Shown: one piece after another, positions 13,186-26,870 of the stretch
Numbering within the stretch: the first letter of the stretch is position 1
Layout of the letters: each line of letters opens with the position of its first letter
Assembly: GCF_004010195.1 (NCBI RefSeq)
Contig: NC_057728.1
Coordinates: 41,075,821-41,139,820 of the forward strand
DNA length: 64,000 nucleotides
Origin: Chiloscyllium plagiosum
Taxonomy: Eukaryota
Reading direction: 5' to 3'
Position numbers and translations under genes: made by a program
The notes under the pieces: model-generated
What the model saw: only the letters and a program-made list of their open reading frames with translations
What the model was told of the DNA's origin: nothing
Database searches by the model: none

Positions 13186-14949
13186 TAGAAGTCCAATTGA
13201 CTCAGGATGTCCTCCTTCAGAGTTCTATTTTCCCCCATTTTTTTTTTCATTTAAATCCAGTGATGAGACCTTGTGATATAGTCAAAGTTAGACCATGCAT
13301 CAAGGCCCACTTCATTATTGGTGCAAATTGCATTGAGCTTTTTCAAATGATTGCTGACCATAACAATAGGATGTGTCTATATAGCTCCTCTAAATGGACA
13401 ACAAAAAATTCCAAGGCAAAGCATATAGATAATCCAAAGAAAATATTGCAGCAGTGCATTTGACACTTGGTGAAAGAGGTATAATTAAGTAGAGTCTTAA
13501 AAGCTAATGAGATTTAGAGATTCAAAATGGACAAATTTGAAAACTTGTAGTCTCAGTGACCAAAGATGTGACTCCCAATAGCAGGGATGCATTTCAGTGG
13601 AGAGGCTGGACAAGTGTCCAACTATGATGATATGTTCTGTGCTCATTGCTGTAGCATTATGTCATTGTTTTACTGTGGTACCTGGGCTATCTGCAAATTC
13701 ATTGCAAAACTGACCTTGAATTTGTTGCTATTGAAGGATAATTGGTCTGTCTTGTTTCCAAAGAATTTGACTTGCAAATGATTGCAGGATATTTTTATTC
13801 TGTCAGCAAATATGAATGCAAGAGCACTGAACTGTTATATTTTGTTAGTAGTTTTCCGTGGGCTGCCAATTGGCAAAAGGAATTGTGAACAGTATTCTGT
13901 AATGATTGTAAAACTGTACTTTTTGGTATAACTAAGTATCTAGGGTTGATGATTGCTTGTATTGTCACTTAGTTGGTACTTGATATAGATCTTGTCTCGT
14001 TCAGAAATGTTCATCACTGTCATTACGACTTACAAACTTAACTGATTTTCTGTTAAATTACCACAAACGTTTTTAAACTGGTTAGTCAGGAAGAGCAAAA
14101 TTAAAATGCATTTGTGAAACACATATTTTCAAGCAATTGGATTTGAGCCTGACAGCTGAAATGATGCAGATTTACACTCCAGCAACTTTTTCATGCCAGT
14201 ATTACAGAACTTTATACTTCAGAGTATTTTGACACATGATTATGAAAATATTAGTTTCCAATGCCTGTCCACTGATTTGTGGTGACAGTTGATGTGATTA
14301 TTAAATTCCTGATTGTCGCTACTGTCATGATATGCAATTTTTCAATTGGCGTTCATTTCCTGCACAGCAAAGATTATGTGCTGCTAGTTGAGGTTATGCT
14401 TCTAGGTTAGGGGATGTTAACCCACTGAGATGGATGTGAACTGTTAGGAAGAATTACAGTATTTAGGCTGCATTTTGAACTTCACATCTGCACTGTCAGG
14501 AGCGCTCTTGAAATGTTGTCATTATTTCAGCATTAATGTATGTCAAGAAGGGGAGTAATTGCATCCTAGTGATTGCCAATGCAGCAAAATGATTCAGAGT
14601 GCACTTCTCTCTGGAATGTGCTTCAAATTATTGCTTGCACAATCTTCCACGCTTCCTGGCTTCTGATTATTGTGTTGAAAATCTCACATCCATTTTTGTT
14701 ATTATACTTACTCTCAGTTACATCCTTAAAAATAAATCATTTTTATGTGAGCACTGAATTTTGTATGTGTAAAGCAAAAAATATATTCTTTTGTCATGTT
14801 TTCTTTTTCCCATGAATAGTGTTGGACGTGTTAGTGTGTAATAATTTGTTCACAGTATAGCTTCATTTATTTTCGATAGTGAAACTTATGCAGCAACATT
14901 ATTTGAAGGAATTATTCATTTTAATTGTCATTGTGTTTTTCACAAAATC

Positions 14950-15255
14950 CATTTAGTGTAGAAGTCGGCCATTTAACCAATCGAGTCCACACTGATCCTC
15001 CAAAACACATCCCACCCAGACTCATCCCATCCATGTAATGCTGCATTTCTCATGGCTCACTCACCTAACCTACACACTATGGGAAATGTAACATGGCCAA
15101 TCCACCTAACCTGCCCATCTTTGGACTGTGGGAGGAAACTGGAGCTCCCAGAGGGAATGTGCAAACTCCACACCAACGGCAACCCAAGGGTGGAATCAAA
15201 CCCAGTCCTTTGGCGCCGTAAGGCAGCAGTGCTAACCACTGAGCTACCGTGCTGT
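14950..15255 (-). mobile_element. HE1-type V-SINE
   Basis: tttggactgtgggaggaaactggag, tgtgcaaactccacac and ggcagcagtgctaaccactgagctaccgtgctg (tRNA head, reverse complement). Confidence 0.88.
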
Positions 15256-15264
15256 GTAGAACAA

Positions 15265-15620
15265 TGGTGCTTACTAAGTCGGGGAGGCAACAGCTTATTT
15301 GGACTGTTAATCCAGAGCTAGGTATTGTTCTGGGGACTCTAGTTCGAATCCCACTACCACAGACTGAATTTGAATTCAATAATAACTCTGGAATTAAGAA
15401 TTTAATGAGGATCATGGATCCATTGTCCATTGTCCATTGTCCATTGTCTGAAGGACCCATGTGAGTCCATTAGGGAAGGAAACTACTATCCCTACCTGGT
15501 TTGGCCTTTAGATTCACAGCAATGTGGTTGAATCTTAACTGTTCTGTTGGCAATTAGGGATGGCAATAAATGCTGAGTCAGCCAGTGACTCCCTCATCCC
15601 ATGCATGAATAATTAAAAAG
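15265..15620 (+). mobile_element. Family B SINE with internal (ccattgt)4 expansion
   Basis: B-box-like gttcgaatccc; core agggaaggaaa; tail ccctcatcccatgcatgaat; 7-mer tandem at 15420-15447. Confidence 0.82.
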
Positions 15621-15929
15621 GTAGAAGTATATTAATTAGCTTTTCATTCATGTTAGACTTTTTTGCCCTTTTTATGCTCGTGAAGGCATGATGGTCAATT
15701 AGTCCAGAGGCACTGATGGCCTTGTAGGTCCCTCCATTCCAGTCTGTTCCTCAGGGTCAACTTAGTGTATGATTGAGCATTAAGATCATTGTACATTTGG
15801 GAAACCAAAACAGGAATGATTGGTGATAATTCACTAACAGAAATCCTTGTTAGAGCTTTCCTCTCCACCTGCCTCTGAGTGGGGATACTGAGGTCCGTTC
15901 TCATGCCATAAAACCATGTAGCATGAAAA

Positions 15930-16360
15930 CCACTCCTCATATGACAAACCTTCATCACCAGGATAATTCTTCAAAACCTCCTCCCCAGTCAATGTGTCAT
16001 TTCTTAGGTACAGGGCCCAAAACTGTGTGCAATATTGCCAACACAACATTAGCTGTACATTTCTGTTCTTGTATTCCAGCCCTCTTGAAATGAATGCTAA
16101 TATTGAATTTGCCTTCTGAACATGCAGGTTAAGTTGGCAGTTAACCTTGAGAGAACCATGAACTAGGACTCCCAAGTCCTTTTTTTGTTTTGTGCCTCAT
16201 TCCTGAAGCCTTTCCTCATTTAGATGGTTCCCACCTCTATTCTTCCTACCTCACACTTTTTTCCTACATTGTATTTGTCTGCCTCTTTACTGACTCTCCT
16301 AGCCTGTCCAAGGTTTTCTACAGTCTCCTTGCCTCTTCAACACTACCTGTCCCTCCACTA
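15930..16360 (-). mobile_element. CR1-clade LINE RT fragment
   Basis: ORF 15834..16175 GVLVHGSLKV...KANSILAFISRGLEYKNR...YCTQFWA. Confidence 0.85.
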
Positions 16361-16484
16361 TATGATCATAGATTACTAGTATTAGTAATATTTATGTAAT
16401 TCTATACCAGCTCTGCTGAACTTTCATTCTATTTTGTCCGCACCAGTATAAAGTGAGAAATGCAGCCATGATTCCTCTTTATAA

Positions 16485-16582
16485 TTGCTAATCAACCTGT
16501 TCAGAGATGTTAGGTAAATGGGACTTTAACCCAGGCCTATTGACTCTGAGTTATAGACACTACCACTGCACTACATGGGCCC
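16485..16582 (-). mobile_element. Short tRNA-derived SINE (family C); second copy at about 34540-34632
   Basis: Reverse complement reads tagtgcagtggtagtgtc (A-box) ... gggttaaagtcccat (B-box) ... acatctctgaacaggttgattag. Confidence 0.55.
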
Positions 16583-16794
16583 TTCAGCCAAGGTTCCATT
16601 TCTTTTCTATCTGCAAGTGCTACCTTACACAAGCAAATGGATACTCCAACCACCAAATCACCACCTGGTAATAGGCAATCTTCTGTTAACCGCTACCAAT
16701 AAATCACTTGTGTTTCCAACGATTCATTTCCATGTTAGGCCCATTTAGGGTGGTCAATCAAGATTCCTTTGCTAGCGAATGAAATAGCTGCATT

Positions 16795-18622
16795 CAGGGT
16801 AAGAGGGTAACTAGAGAGAGGTTAGAGCCTCTTCAAGATCAAGGACATCTTTGTTGAACATCAGGAGATAGGAGAGATAGTAAATGAACACTTCATGTCA
16901 GCTTTTACTGTGAAGAAAGAAATGGAATCTAGAGAATACAGAGAAATAAACTTTGATGTTTTAAAAATATCTTGCATTACAGAAGAGGAAGTTCGGAAGG
17001 TCTTAAAGAATATAAAGGTGGGTAAATCTCTGGGGCCTGATCTCGCATATCCCAGAACATTTTGGGAAGTATAGGAGGTAATTGTGAGACCTTTTGCAGA
17101 AATATTTGCATTAACTATAACTACAAGTGAGGTGCCTGATTACTGGAGGGTGATCAATATTCTATCTTTAAGAAAGGTTGTTAGGAGAAACAGGCACTAT
17201 AGACTAGTGAGTCTGACTTCAGTTGAGGGTAAATTGTTGGAGGTGATTATAAAAGATAGGAATTATGGACATTTAGAGAAGCAAAAATTGATTAGGGATC
17301 ATCAGCATGGCTTTGTGTGGGTAGAATTGTCTCTTAAACTTGATTAAATTTTGAGGCAGTTACCAAAAAGATTGATGTTTAGTTGGATTTTAGTAAAGCC
17401 TTTGCCAATTTCCACATGCCAGGCTAACTAGACTGTGTGGAGTTTGCACATTCTCCCAGTAACTGCGTGGGTTTCCTCCAGGTGCTCCGATTTCCTCCCA
17501 CAGTCCAAAAATGTGCAGGTTAGGTGAATTGGCCATGCTAAATTGCCCGTAGTGTTAGGTGAAGGGGTAAATGTAGGGGAATGGATCTGGGTGGGTTGCG
17601 CTTCGGCGGGTCGGTGTGGACTTGTTGGGCCAAAGGGCCAGATTCCACACTCTAAGGAATCTAACCTAAAGAATTAGGTCACAGAGGACCCTAGGTGAGC
17701 TTTCCAACTGAATACATAATTATACTCTGTCTCCTGTCAACAAGTCAATGTGGTTGGCGTCATTGATTAGTTCTCGGAGCATTCTGCAGCCGTTTCATTC
17801 TGTTAAACTTCTGGTTTGAGGTGTTTTTATCGGTGGTTTGTATTGAAGACATTTTGGCAGTACCTGTTTTCTCAAAAAAAAAGTGGAATAGTGGAGGGTT
17901 GCTTTTCAGACTCTAGGCCTGTGACCAGCAGTGTTCTGTAGGGATTGGTTCTGGATCCACTTTTTTATTTGTCATTTTATACAAATGAGTGAGAATATAG
18001 AAAGCATTGTTAGTAGGTTTGCAGGTGACATCAAAATTGGTGGCATAGTCGACAGTGAAGAAGTTTTTAAAGATTACAATGGGATCTTGATTAAATGGGT
18101 CAATGTGCTGAAAAAATGGCAGATAGAGTTCAATCTGGATAAATGCAAGGTATTGTAGTTTGGTGCAACAAACAAGGGGTAGGCCTTATACAAGTCCTGG
18201 TCAGGCCTTGGGTAGTGTCGTATGACAGGGACCTGGGGTGTAGGTACATAATTCTTTGAAATTTGGAGGCTGGGAGGCGATCAGATAGAAGTTTATAAAA
18301 TAATGAGGGGTATAGATGGAGTTAATGGTAGGGTGGGGATTTCAAGACAAGGGGGCACGTTTTTAAGGTGAGAAGAGAGAGATTTTACAAACAACACTAA
18401 CATTTTTTAGAGGATGGTTTGCATGTGGAATGAACTTCCTAAGGAAGTGGTGAATGTGGGTACGATTACAGCATTTAAAAGACATTTGGATAGATGCATG
18501 AATAGGAATGGTTTAGAGGGACATGGGCCAGTAGCAAGCAGGTGGGACAAGTTTAGTTTGGGATTATGGTTGGCATGGAGTGGTTGGACCAAAGTTTCCA
18601 TTTCCATGCTGTCTGACTGTGA
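16795..18622 (+). mobile_element. CR1 LINE, fragmented, interrupted by an HE1 SINE
   Basis: ORFs 17084..17347 (YRLVSLTSVEGKLLE...QHGF), 17931..18158 (RFAGDIKIGG) and 18414..18635 (WNELPKEVV). Confidence 0.9.
17431..17669 (+). mobile_element. HE1-type V-SINE, 5'-truncated, nested in CR1
   Basis: V-domain and tail gtgtggacttgttgggccaaagggcc...aatctaacctaa. Confidence 0.92.
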
Positions 18623-18630
18623 CGCTATCG

Positions 18631-18829
18631 CTTGAAATGTTAACTCGGCTTTCTCTTCACAGATGTTGCCAGACCCGCTAAGTTTCACCACCAATTTTTT
18701 TTCTTTCTGTTCCAGATTTCCAGCATCCACAGTTCTGTTTTAATTTAGTTGTTGAGGATAGATTGCTGAATGTTGAAATGTCAGACTATGGGAAGCTGGC
18801 ACAAAAGGGGAGTCAAAATGTGGGGAACC
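18631..18829 (+). repeat. Local duplicate of 19949-20148 (PLE-hairpin end plus adjacent CR1 sequence)
   Basis: Collinear match from cttgaaatgttaactc to tcagactatgggaagctggcacaaaaggggagt. Confidence 0.9.
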
Positions 18830-19559
18830 GTGTAGCTGCAGCTGTCAAAGTGCCATGTGCATGATATTAGATGAGGGTGGGCTGCAATATCCTTTAAGTT
18901 AACTTGCTAGACCACATTAGCCATCCAAGCTCAGATGTGAAGGTAGATTTGTTCAGCTAATGAAAGAAAATCTGAGGTTCAGTGCTCAGATGATTTAATA
19001 CTCTGGTAGGTCAGCATGGGGAGAACGTTGAAAGGCAAGAATCTGTTTTTTAAAATAAAATTTAAGCTGATAATATTTAACTTGAAATAGAATCTGTGGG
19101 AGACAACGCACTTGCTGGTCTCAGGCAAAATATGACATGACTTGAAATACTGTAACAGTTGTAACCCAAGCCAAAAACCCAGCAGTAGACATTATCTACG
19201 CATTAATCACCAACAACCACCCACTGCATGTACTCCCCAGAGTATCATATACACTTAGAGGGAAACATTGAGGGGGAAAATAAATGAAGGATTATAGGGG
19301 CGAGAAAGATCAACGAACCAGCAGCCTGTTTGAAGGAGTTAGTTTATTCTAGGTGACTTCTGAGGGTAGAGAGTAAAAAGGGGAAAATAGTTTGGCAGTA
19401 ACTTCCAGATGGCAAGGCCTTCCTAGATGAATGGAAGATTGGTCTTGGATGGGACAGCAGGAAACAATAATCCCCATGTTTAAGGAAAAAATACTGTCAT
19501 CAGACTCTGCTCAAAAAAATATTCACTATGCTGATCCCTGTGTGGAAGGAGTTGACTGA

Positions 19560-20222
19560 TCAAGAACAGCTAAACAGGCTAGGCCTTCATTCACAAGAAT
19601 TTATTAGAATGAGGGTGACTATACTGTAAAATACAAGATTCAGAAGGGGCTTGACTGGGTAGATGCTGAGACGATGTTCCCTTTAGTGGCGGAATCTCAA
19701 ACTAGGGATATAATTACAGAATAAATGGACACTTGTACAACTGAGATGCTTAAGGAGTTTCCTCTGAGGGTAGTGAATGCCTGGAATTTTCTAACCCAGT
19801 GAGTTATTGAGGATAACAAAGGGAGGTTGGTGGTAAAATTCAGCTGGTCTGGCAGCATCTGTGGAGAGAAAACAGTGTTTATTTCCAGTCCAGTAACCCT
19901 TCCTCTGGAGACCATTGTGCAGAAAGGTTTTGAAGAAGAGCCATTGGACTTGAAATGTTAACTCTGCTTTCTCTTCACAAATGTTACCAGATCCACTAAG
20001 TTTCACCACCAATTTTTCTTTGTTTCAGATTTCCAGCATCCACAGTTCTGTTTTAATTTAGTTGTTGGACAGATTGCTGAAAGAACTGAATGCTGAAATA
20101 TCAGACTATGGGAAGCTGGCACAAAAGGGGAGTTGAAACTTTGGGAACACCAACCATGATCTTTTCAGTAGTGATGCTGGCTTGATGGGCTAAATGGCCT
20201 ATTCCTGCTCTTGTTTATGTTC
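19560..20222 (+). mobile_element. CR1-clade 3' fragment interrupted by a PLE hairpin element
   Basis: ctctgagggtagtgaatgcctggaattttctaacccag (RVVNAWN motif); tail gatgggctaaatggcctattcctgctc. Confidence 0.78.
19818..20060. mobile_element. PLE-terminus hairpin element (family 3)
   Basis: Inverted arms ttggtggtaaaattcagctggtctggcagcatctgtggagagaaa / tttctcttcacaaatgttaccagatccactaagtttcaccaccaa; degenerate hammerhead tgaagaagag..gacttgaaatgttaac. Confidence 0.75.
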
Positions 20223-21029
20223 TCAGCACAAAGATCCTGCCCTCTGCAATAATAAGCTTCAGTTTATTTAATTTGACCAATGATTCTGCTACGTGACCCC
20301 CAAAAACCTCAAGTCTCCTAAACTTCACCAGATGTAAATATATAGGTAAAACTGACAAATTATCAGATGCCCCCATCAGTAATAATTTCCTTCTGATTTT
20401 AAATGCTCAATAACTTTTTAAGGACTCCTGACAGGCAGCTAATATTCAGCAAGCTGTCCTATAGAAGGTATTTGCTTCGGCTGGAGCTTTAGCAGAGTCT
20501 AGCATGGTCAAGCATAACTGTTGCTTTAAAATGACAGGCAATGGTAACTCCATATATTAGAACTTGTTCATGGTTGCAGGAAAAATCAATAAAACTTAAG
20601 TCTGTGTAACATAACAAATCTCCGTTCTGCTATGAAATTATAACTAGTCACTGTAAGAGACCTCAGCAATTTACTGGATGTTAAAATCTTGCCTGATGAC
20701 TCATTCCCTTCTTCCTAATTCTCATCAATTCACTTAAATCCGTAATGAAGTTAAACTTAGCACATTTATCCCTTTGCACAGTCATTTTTGCCATGCACAG
20801 CTCATATGCTTGACATCAAGTTGTCAACTTGTTTATATGCCATGCTGATTGGAGCTTTTCCAAACTGATTTGCCTGGCATCATATTTTCAATGAGATTTG
20901 TTCCTTTTTCTCATTATCCAAAATATAAACCCCTGGGTTTTAATTTGCAATGTTATTTCTGTTCAAAATGAAGAAAATTGATCTCCGGCCTTGATCTTAA
21001 AATGAACTGGTTTGGGAAGGAATAGCAGC

Positions 21030-22370
21030 TAATAACTAGTAGAGTTCTGTAGGTGTCCATGTTGGGACCACAACTATTCATGCTTATTTAATTCATTCAT
21101 GGGATGTGAGCATCACTAGCTATGAAAGTATTTATTGCCCATCCCTAATTGCCCAGAGGGCTGTTAAGTCAACCACATTTTGCCTTGGGGTCTGGTGTCA
21201 CGCATAGGCCAAATCAGGTAAGGATATTCCCCAAAGAACATTAGTGAACCAGATGAGTTTTTCCTGAAGAGTCTATTGACGAACATGAAACCATTGTCGA
21301 TTTAATTCCAGATTATTATTGAATTTAAAGTCCACCATCTACCAGGTCAGGATTTGAACCCAGGTCCCCAGATCAATACCGGAGTCTCTGGGTTGATAAT
21401 CTAGTGATGGTTCTGCTCGGCCATCACCTACATTAATGTTAAACATTAACAATCTAGACAAAGGAATGGAGGACATTATTGTTAAGTTTGCAGATGGCAC
21501 AAAGATAGGTGGGGGGTACAGGTAGTGTTGTGGAAGCTGGGAGAATGCATAATGACTTAGACAGGGTAGGAGAGTAGGCAAAGTAGCATTTGGAATATAA
21601 TGGCAGAAAGTGTGAGATTTGCACTTTGGTAGGAAGCAGAGGTATGGACTAATTTCTAAAATAGAGAAAGGCTTTGAAAATCTGACTCTCAAAAAAAAAA
21701 AGCTTGGAATCCCTCATTCAGGGTTCTTGTTAGGTTAACATGCAGGTTCAGCTGGTAGTTAGGCAGGCCATTGCAATGCTTGCATTCATTTTGAGAGGGT
21801 GAGATTACAAGAACAGGGATGTACTGCTGATGCTCTATAAAGATCTGATCAGACTACATTTGGAATATTGTGAACAGTTTTTGAACTGAAGAAAGGATGT
21901 GCTGGCCTTGGAGTGGGGTCCAAAAAGGTTTGCAAGAATGATCCCAGGGATGAAGGACTTGTCATATGAGGAGTGGTTGAGGACTCTGGGTCTGTACTTG
22001 ATGGGGGGGGGGGGAGCTGATTGAAACTAATAGAATACTGAGGCCTGGATAGAGTGGATATGGAGAAGATGTTTCCACTAGCAGGAGAGACTAGGACTTG
22101 AGGGCACAACCTCAGAGTGAAGGGACAACCCTTTTAGAACTGAGAGATAAGGAAGAATTTCTTCAGCCAGAGGGTGGTGGATCTATGGAACTCATTCCTG
22201 CAGAAGGCTGTGAAGGCCAAGTCATTTGAGTGTAATTTAGACAGAGAGAGGTTCTTGATTAATAAGGAATCCAGGGTTATGAGGAGAAGGCAAGAGAATG
22301 GGGTTGAGAAACATATCAACTCTCCATCAAATAGTGGAACATGCTCCTGTATCTCATGGTTTGATGCCAG
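21030..22370 (+). mobile_element. CR1-clade LINE RT-to-tail fragment, interrupted by a SINE
   Basis: aagtttgcagatggcacaaag (KFADGTK); ORF 22174..22386 VDLWNSFLQKAV. Confidence 0.85.
21088..21420 (-). mobile_element. Family B SINE nested in CR1
   Basis: attcattcatgggatgtgagcatcact (tail, reverse complement); ggatttgaacccaggtcccc (B-box, reverse complement). Confidence 0.85.
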
Positions 22371-22596
22371 TGCCACAAGACTATAATTCGAACAGCTCAT
22401 TAGAAAGTCTGCTGAACTGTAAGATTAGGTTGAGATTTAATGTTGTGCTTTCTATTATTTGTAAAACATGTTTTTATTTCTTAGCTATATTAATGGAATT
22501 CCAGCCACTTTTGTACATTGTGACCTGGATTTGAAACCACCCTTGACTTATTACTGGAAATGTTTCATACTGCAACTGTGCATTCTTGGGTAATTA

Positions 22597-23055
22597 TCAA
22601 GATGGCGGTAGCAGAGTAGGCATCGTCCGGGGATCTGTGCTTGGGCTTCTCCTGTTCTGCTTTTTCTTTCTCCCCTTAGTTTTCTTTAGTTTTCACTCAA
22701 ACGTGCCTGATAAAGATAGTTCTTTGGCAGGAGGGTGGCCTCTATGGATTTTGGAGCGACTGAAGCTACAGAGTCAGCTGGCCTGTGAAGCACACTCTCT
22801 TCCACGTGGAATTGGGCCTTGGCAGCATGGCATGGACTGGTGTAGCCCAGAGCAGGATTCTGTCAGCAGCATGGTGTTGGCTGAGAAGCATGAAATGGGA
22901 CTGAAGCAGCAGAGAAGGAAAGAATGGAGGCTCTTTAACTTAAAAAAAAAAATAAGGAAAGATAACTGAATGTGAATGGCACCTATGCATTGTGATGGTA
23001 TACACTTTTCCCTGTATTTTATAATGTATACACATGACAAGAAATGATTCAATTT
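22597..23055 (+). mobile_element. Putative non-autonomous element with Rex1-like 3' tail
   Basis: Starts caagatggcgg; ends acacttttccctgtatt...cacatgacaagaaatgattcaatt, similar to the Rex1 tail at 33730-33772. Confidence 0.5.
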
Positions 23056-23084
23056 GAAACAGATGAGCATAAAACAATCCCAAG

Positions 23085-23380
23085 ATGGCATTCTAATTGT
23101 AGACTAGAGATGCAAGCTAATGGCTCTGGTGACATGGGATTGAATCCCAATATGAAAAATAGTGAAATTTTATTAATAAATAAAATCTTGCTTGTCTAAT
23201 TGTGACCATGTAACTACTGTCAGGTGTTTAAAAACCTATCTAGTTAACTAATGTTTTGCAGGGAAGGAAACCTACTGTCCTCGCAGGACTCCCAACCAAC
23301 TGCAGTGTGGCAATTCTTGCCTGCCTCTGGCCGTTTTGAGACAGGCAACAGATACTGGTCTCATCAGCAACACCAACTGA
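23085..23380 (+). mobile_element. Family B SINE, decayed
   Basis: gctaatggctctggtgacatgggattgaatccca; gtgaccatg; agggaaggaaac. Confidence 0.7.
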
Positions 23381-24134
23381 CACTAAATTGGTAGCTTTGC
23401 GGAAAGATCCATTTAAGACAGGTAGTGGAGAAACAATTACTTACCTACTCTTCTGAGGATGGGTTAAGATATGTGGACCAATTAGAGAAAATATTAAACT
23501 GTCTTTGCAATGCAGTATCTGACCTGGGAAAGCTTGATGCCAAAACTAGATAATAAAACTAGACAGTATTCAGTTCCCAGCAGCTGAAATACATTTGTAT
23601 GCAAAAATCACTTCATAAAGGAATGCAAATTTATAGTTGTCAGCTAACAAACTCTTGTGCATCAGATATTTGAATGTGCTTTTAGTTCTATAAAGGAAAA
23701 AAAAGATAGTGGGATAATATAGTGTAACCTTGGAGCAGAAGGCACAAGTTAATATCTTTCCCCATTTCTGGAGGTTTGGAATTTGAACTTTTAATCTTAA
23801 ACATTAAACTTGATTGTTTTACTTAAAATTGAGTAAACTTAAACATGTCTGAATGTTGCTCCTCTTTGCTTTTTTTTGTCCTAAAATCTTGGCCTCCATC
23901 AAAGGCTGACTGCAATGACCAGAGATGTGGAACAGTGAAAAGCCAGTACTTGTCTGTATTCAGTAGGATGCCTGCTGTTTGCTTCAATGACCTGCATATT
24001 GTCTCACGTCCTGCTTCTGAGGATATTACATTTAGCTCGTCAAACTTCGTGTTTGACCAAGTACAGAGTGAAGTTTGTGATGTTTGGCCCAGCTGAATGT
24101 AATCCCTTCTGCTTACAGCCTGTCTCTATTTTCA

Positions 24135-24742
24135 GTACAACACAGTGCATAATCCGTTATATTACTGGAATGTAAGGATGCCGAAGTTATACTGCAGTCT
24201 TGACAAAACCCTGGTTAGGCCCCACCTTGAAGCAGTGTCACCAGATCTGGGTTCCACACCTTAGGAAGGTTCACTAATCACACCTTATTGGCTTTGGAGG
24301 GAGTATATCATGGGTTTCCAAGAATGATATCTGGACTTCGTGGGTTTAATTGAGATCTCACACATTAGACTTGTTTTGTCTTGAGGTGAGAAGATTAAGG
24401 GATGATTTGATCAAAGTTTTCAAGATATTAACAGGAAAGGACATGGTAGATAAAGATATAATATTACCACTGACTGGGGATTCTAGAACTAGGGGCATAG
24501 TCTGAAGATTAGGGCCAGAGCAGGATTCTGGAGAAATGTTAGGAAGCAAAAGGTGATGTCTGGAATTCCTTTCTGGAAACAGCAGTGGATGCAAGATCTG
24601 TTGTTAATTTTAAATCTGAGATAAATTTATTAAGGCAAGTGGGCCAAAGCTAGTATACGGAGTTAGACAACAGATAAAACATTGTTTGATTGAATGTTGA
24701 AACAGGTTCAAGGGACTGAAAGGCCTACACCTGTTCCAATGA
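24135..24742 (+). mobile_element. CR1-clade 3' fragment, followed by a PLE half-arm at about 24745-24827
   Basis: aaaaccctggttaggccccacctt (KTLVRPHL); tctagaactagggggcat; tail aagggactgaaaggcctac. Confidence 0.78.
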
Positions 24743-25674
24743 ACTGAAAACAAGAAATGTTGGAAATCACAGTGGGTCAGGAGAGAGAGTAAGCTAACGT
24801 TTTGAGTCTGGATGACTTTGTCAGAATCCTATTTCTATGAATTCTAATTTAGAAAGGAGTTGGAAGTTTTTACCATAAAGCACAGCAGAAGACAGGATTT
24901 CTTTGAGAAATACCCTCCTTGTGGATAAAGAGGCACTTATAAACTCTTTCTGAGCTATAGCATGGGGGCATCACCTAGGGTTTTGGCCTACACACCTTTT
25001 CCAGTGGTCCTTCATGCAAGCTCATGCCTGGATATCCACTGAGGAAAGAGCCAAGTTGATTTTCCGTTGTCCTTTGGATAAGTAAGGAGGTGCAGTTATA
25101 TTGCACTTTTCATGACCACCAGACATTCTCCAAGCACTTCACAACCAATGATTCACTTCTGAAGTGTAGGGGATGTTACGACAGACTGTTCTTTAGATTC
25201 CTCCTATTACCTAAAGAATGTATGGATCAATACTAATTGGAACATCCTGAGATTGTGATTGGAGTTGTATCAACTTGATCCTTTTTAATTGAAAAATATC
25301 CTATACATGTATGATCTTAAGCATATTGACTTTTATTTTTTGCATCCCAGGTATTCATGAACATAGGGAGAATTATGACCCTGAGGGTGGCAGTAATTAA
25401 TGTTTCTGCTTCTGAATATTAATAAAATATTTAGTAGTGAAGCTGTGTTTTAAAACCAGCAGGCTAAATATAAGACCTCATTAGGTGATAGATGTTCACT
25501 CAGCTTTTTGGCTGTGACTGTGTGAAATTGTCATAGCTCTGAGCATTGAAAAATCATTCTTTCAATACTTAACATTACCTGCGAAAGAGAATTCAGTAGA
25601 AGGAAAATGGAAGATATGGCTTGAATTATCATTTTTAAATGGTTTAATACATAATGGGCATATAGCATTGATGT

Positions 25675-25880
25675 AAAAATCAGAAAATTCTTGATCTAGT
25701 TGCTAAGTCTGGCAGCATCTGTGGAGAAAGAAACCAAGTTAACTCCTTTCTAATTAAAGGTCACAGAGAAACTGCTAACTTTTCTCTCATCACAGAAGCT
25801 GCCTGCTGACATTAACATTGCCATTTTTTTTCTCCTGCTTTTATTTCAGATTTCCAGCATCTATAGTATTTTATTTAGAG
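25675..25880. mobile_element. PLE-terminus hairpin element (family 3), decayed
   Basis: gtctggcagcatctgtggagaaagaaac...ttcagatttccagcatct. Confidence 0.65.
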
Positions 25881-26169
25881 ATTGAATTGGCAAGTGGCCA
25901 CATGCGGTTAGCATCTGTGGTGGTGACAACCTGACATGCTGGTGCTCTGTGTCCCTTTTTCCACCTTCTGCGTAGCTGAGCCTTAACCATCACTGACCTC
26001 CTGATGGCTTTAAATTTGCCATTTTTTCCCTAACCAGTACTTCTATTACACCTTGCCATCTGTTAAATGTGGTCTGGTGTGATTCTCTGCTTTTCAGTTT
26101 TGCCACAGGTTTGCTGAATTGATAAAACACTTGTCACTCATTCAGTAAATATAAATCTAAGTTTAGCTC

Positions 26170-26470
26170 CAGTCTTGAGCATATAATCTCATTTACACAG
26201 TTCAGTTCAGTGCAGTGGTGGGGATTTCCTGCATAGTTGAAGGTGATATATTTTGAAAAGGCTGATAAACCAAAACCCTATGCACTAATTTGGTGGCTCA
26301 GTTTGTTGACTTAAGTTTTTTTTCTGTGGCTTATTTCCAAGAAAAATGTGACGTTCCGGGACTTGGCCAACATTCTTTCCTCAACTAAAATGGATTAACT
26401 GATCATTCACTTTGCTGGTTGAGAGATCTTTGTATGTAGAATGGCTGCTTGCATCTGCCTGTGCAGAATG
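26170..26470 (+). mobile_element. Deu-domain SINE, decayed
   Basis: cttggccaacattctttcctcaac...gattaactgatcatt...aatggctgc. Confidence 0.6.
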
Positions 26471-26499
26471 ATCGCAGCAACTCCAAGGAATTTGGGCTA

Positions 26500-26870
26500 C
26501 ATAAAATCATGGTGACCCTATTGAGAAAGATGATATATCAATTCAGAACTATTCATATTTCTGACTTGAGCATTTTTGTAGAAGATGTAAAGGGGGACTG
26601 TAGGTGTACTTGGATTTCCAAAAGACATTTGACAATGTACCACATCAAGGATTACTATACAAAATAAGTGTAGGGAGTGACAGGAAACAGTGTGGGCATA
26701 AATGGGTCGTTTTTGGATGACTGAGATGGAATCAGTTGAGTACCACAAGGATGTTGACTCCATGCTGTACAATCTGTATCAATGATTTGGATGAAGGGAT
26801 TAGATGTATGGTTACTTAAATTTGAGGACACAAATGCAAAAGGAAGTAAGTTGTGAAGAGGATACATGTC
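26500..26870 (+). mobile_element. Decayed CR1 RT fragment
   Basis: tacttggatttccaaaagacatttgac (YLDFQKTFD); atcaatgatttggatgaagg (INDLDEG). Confidence 0.7.
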
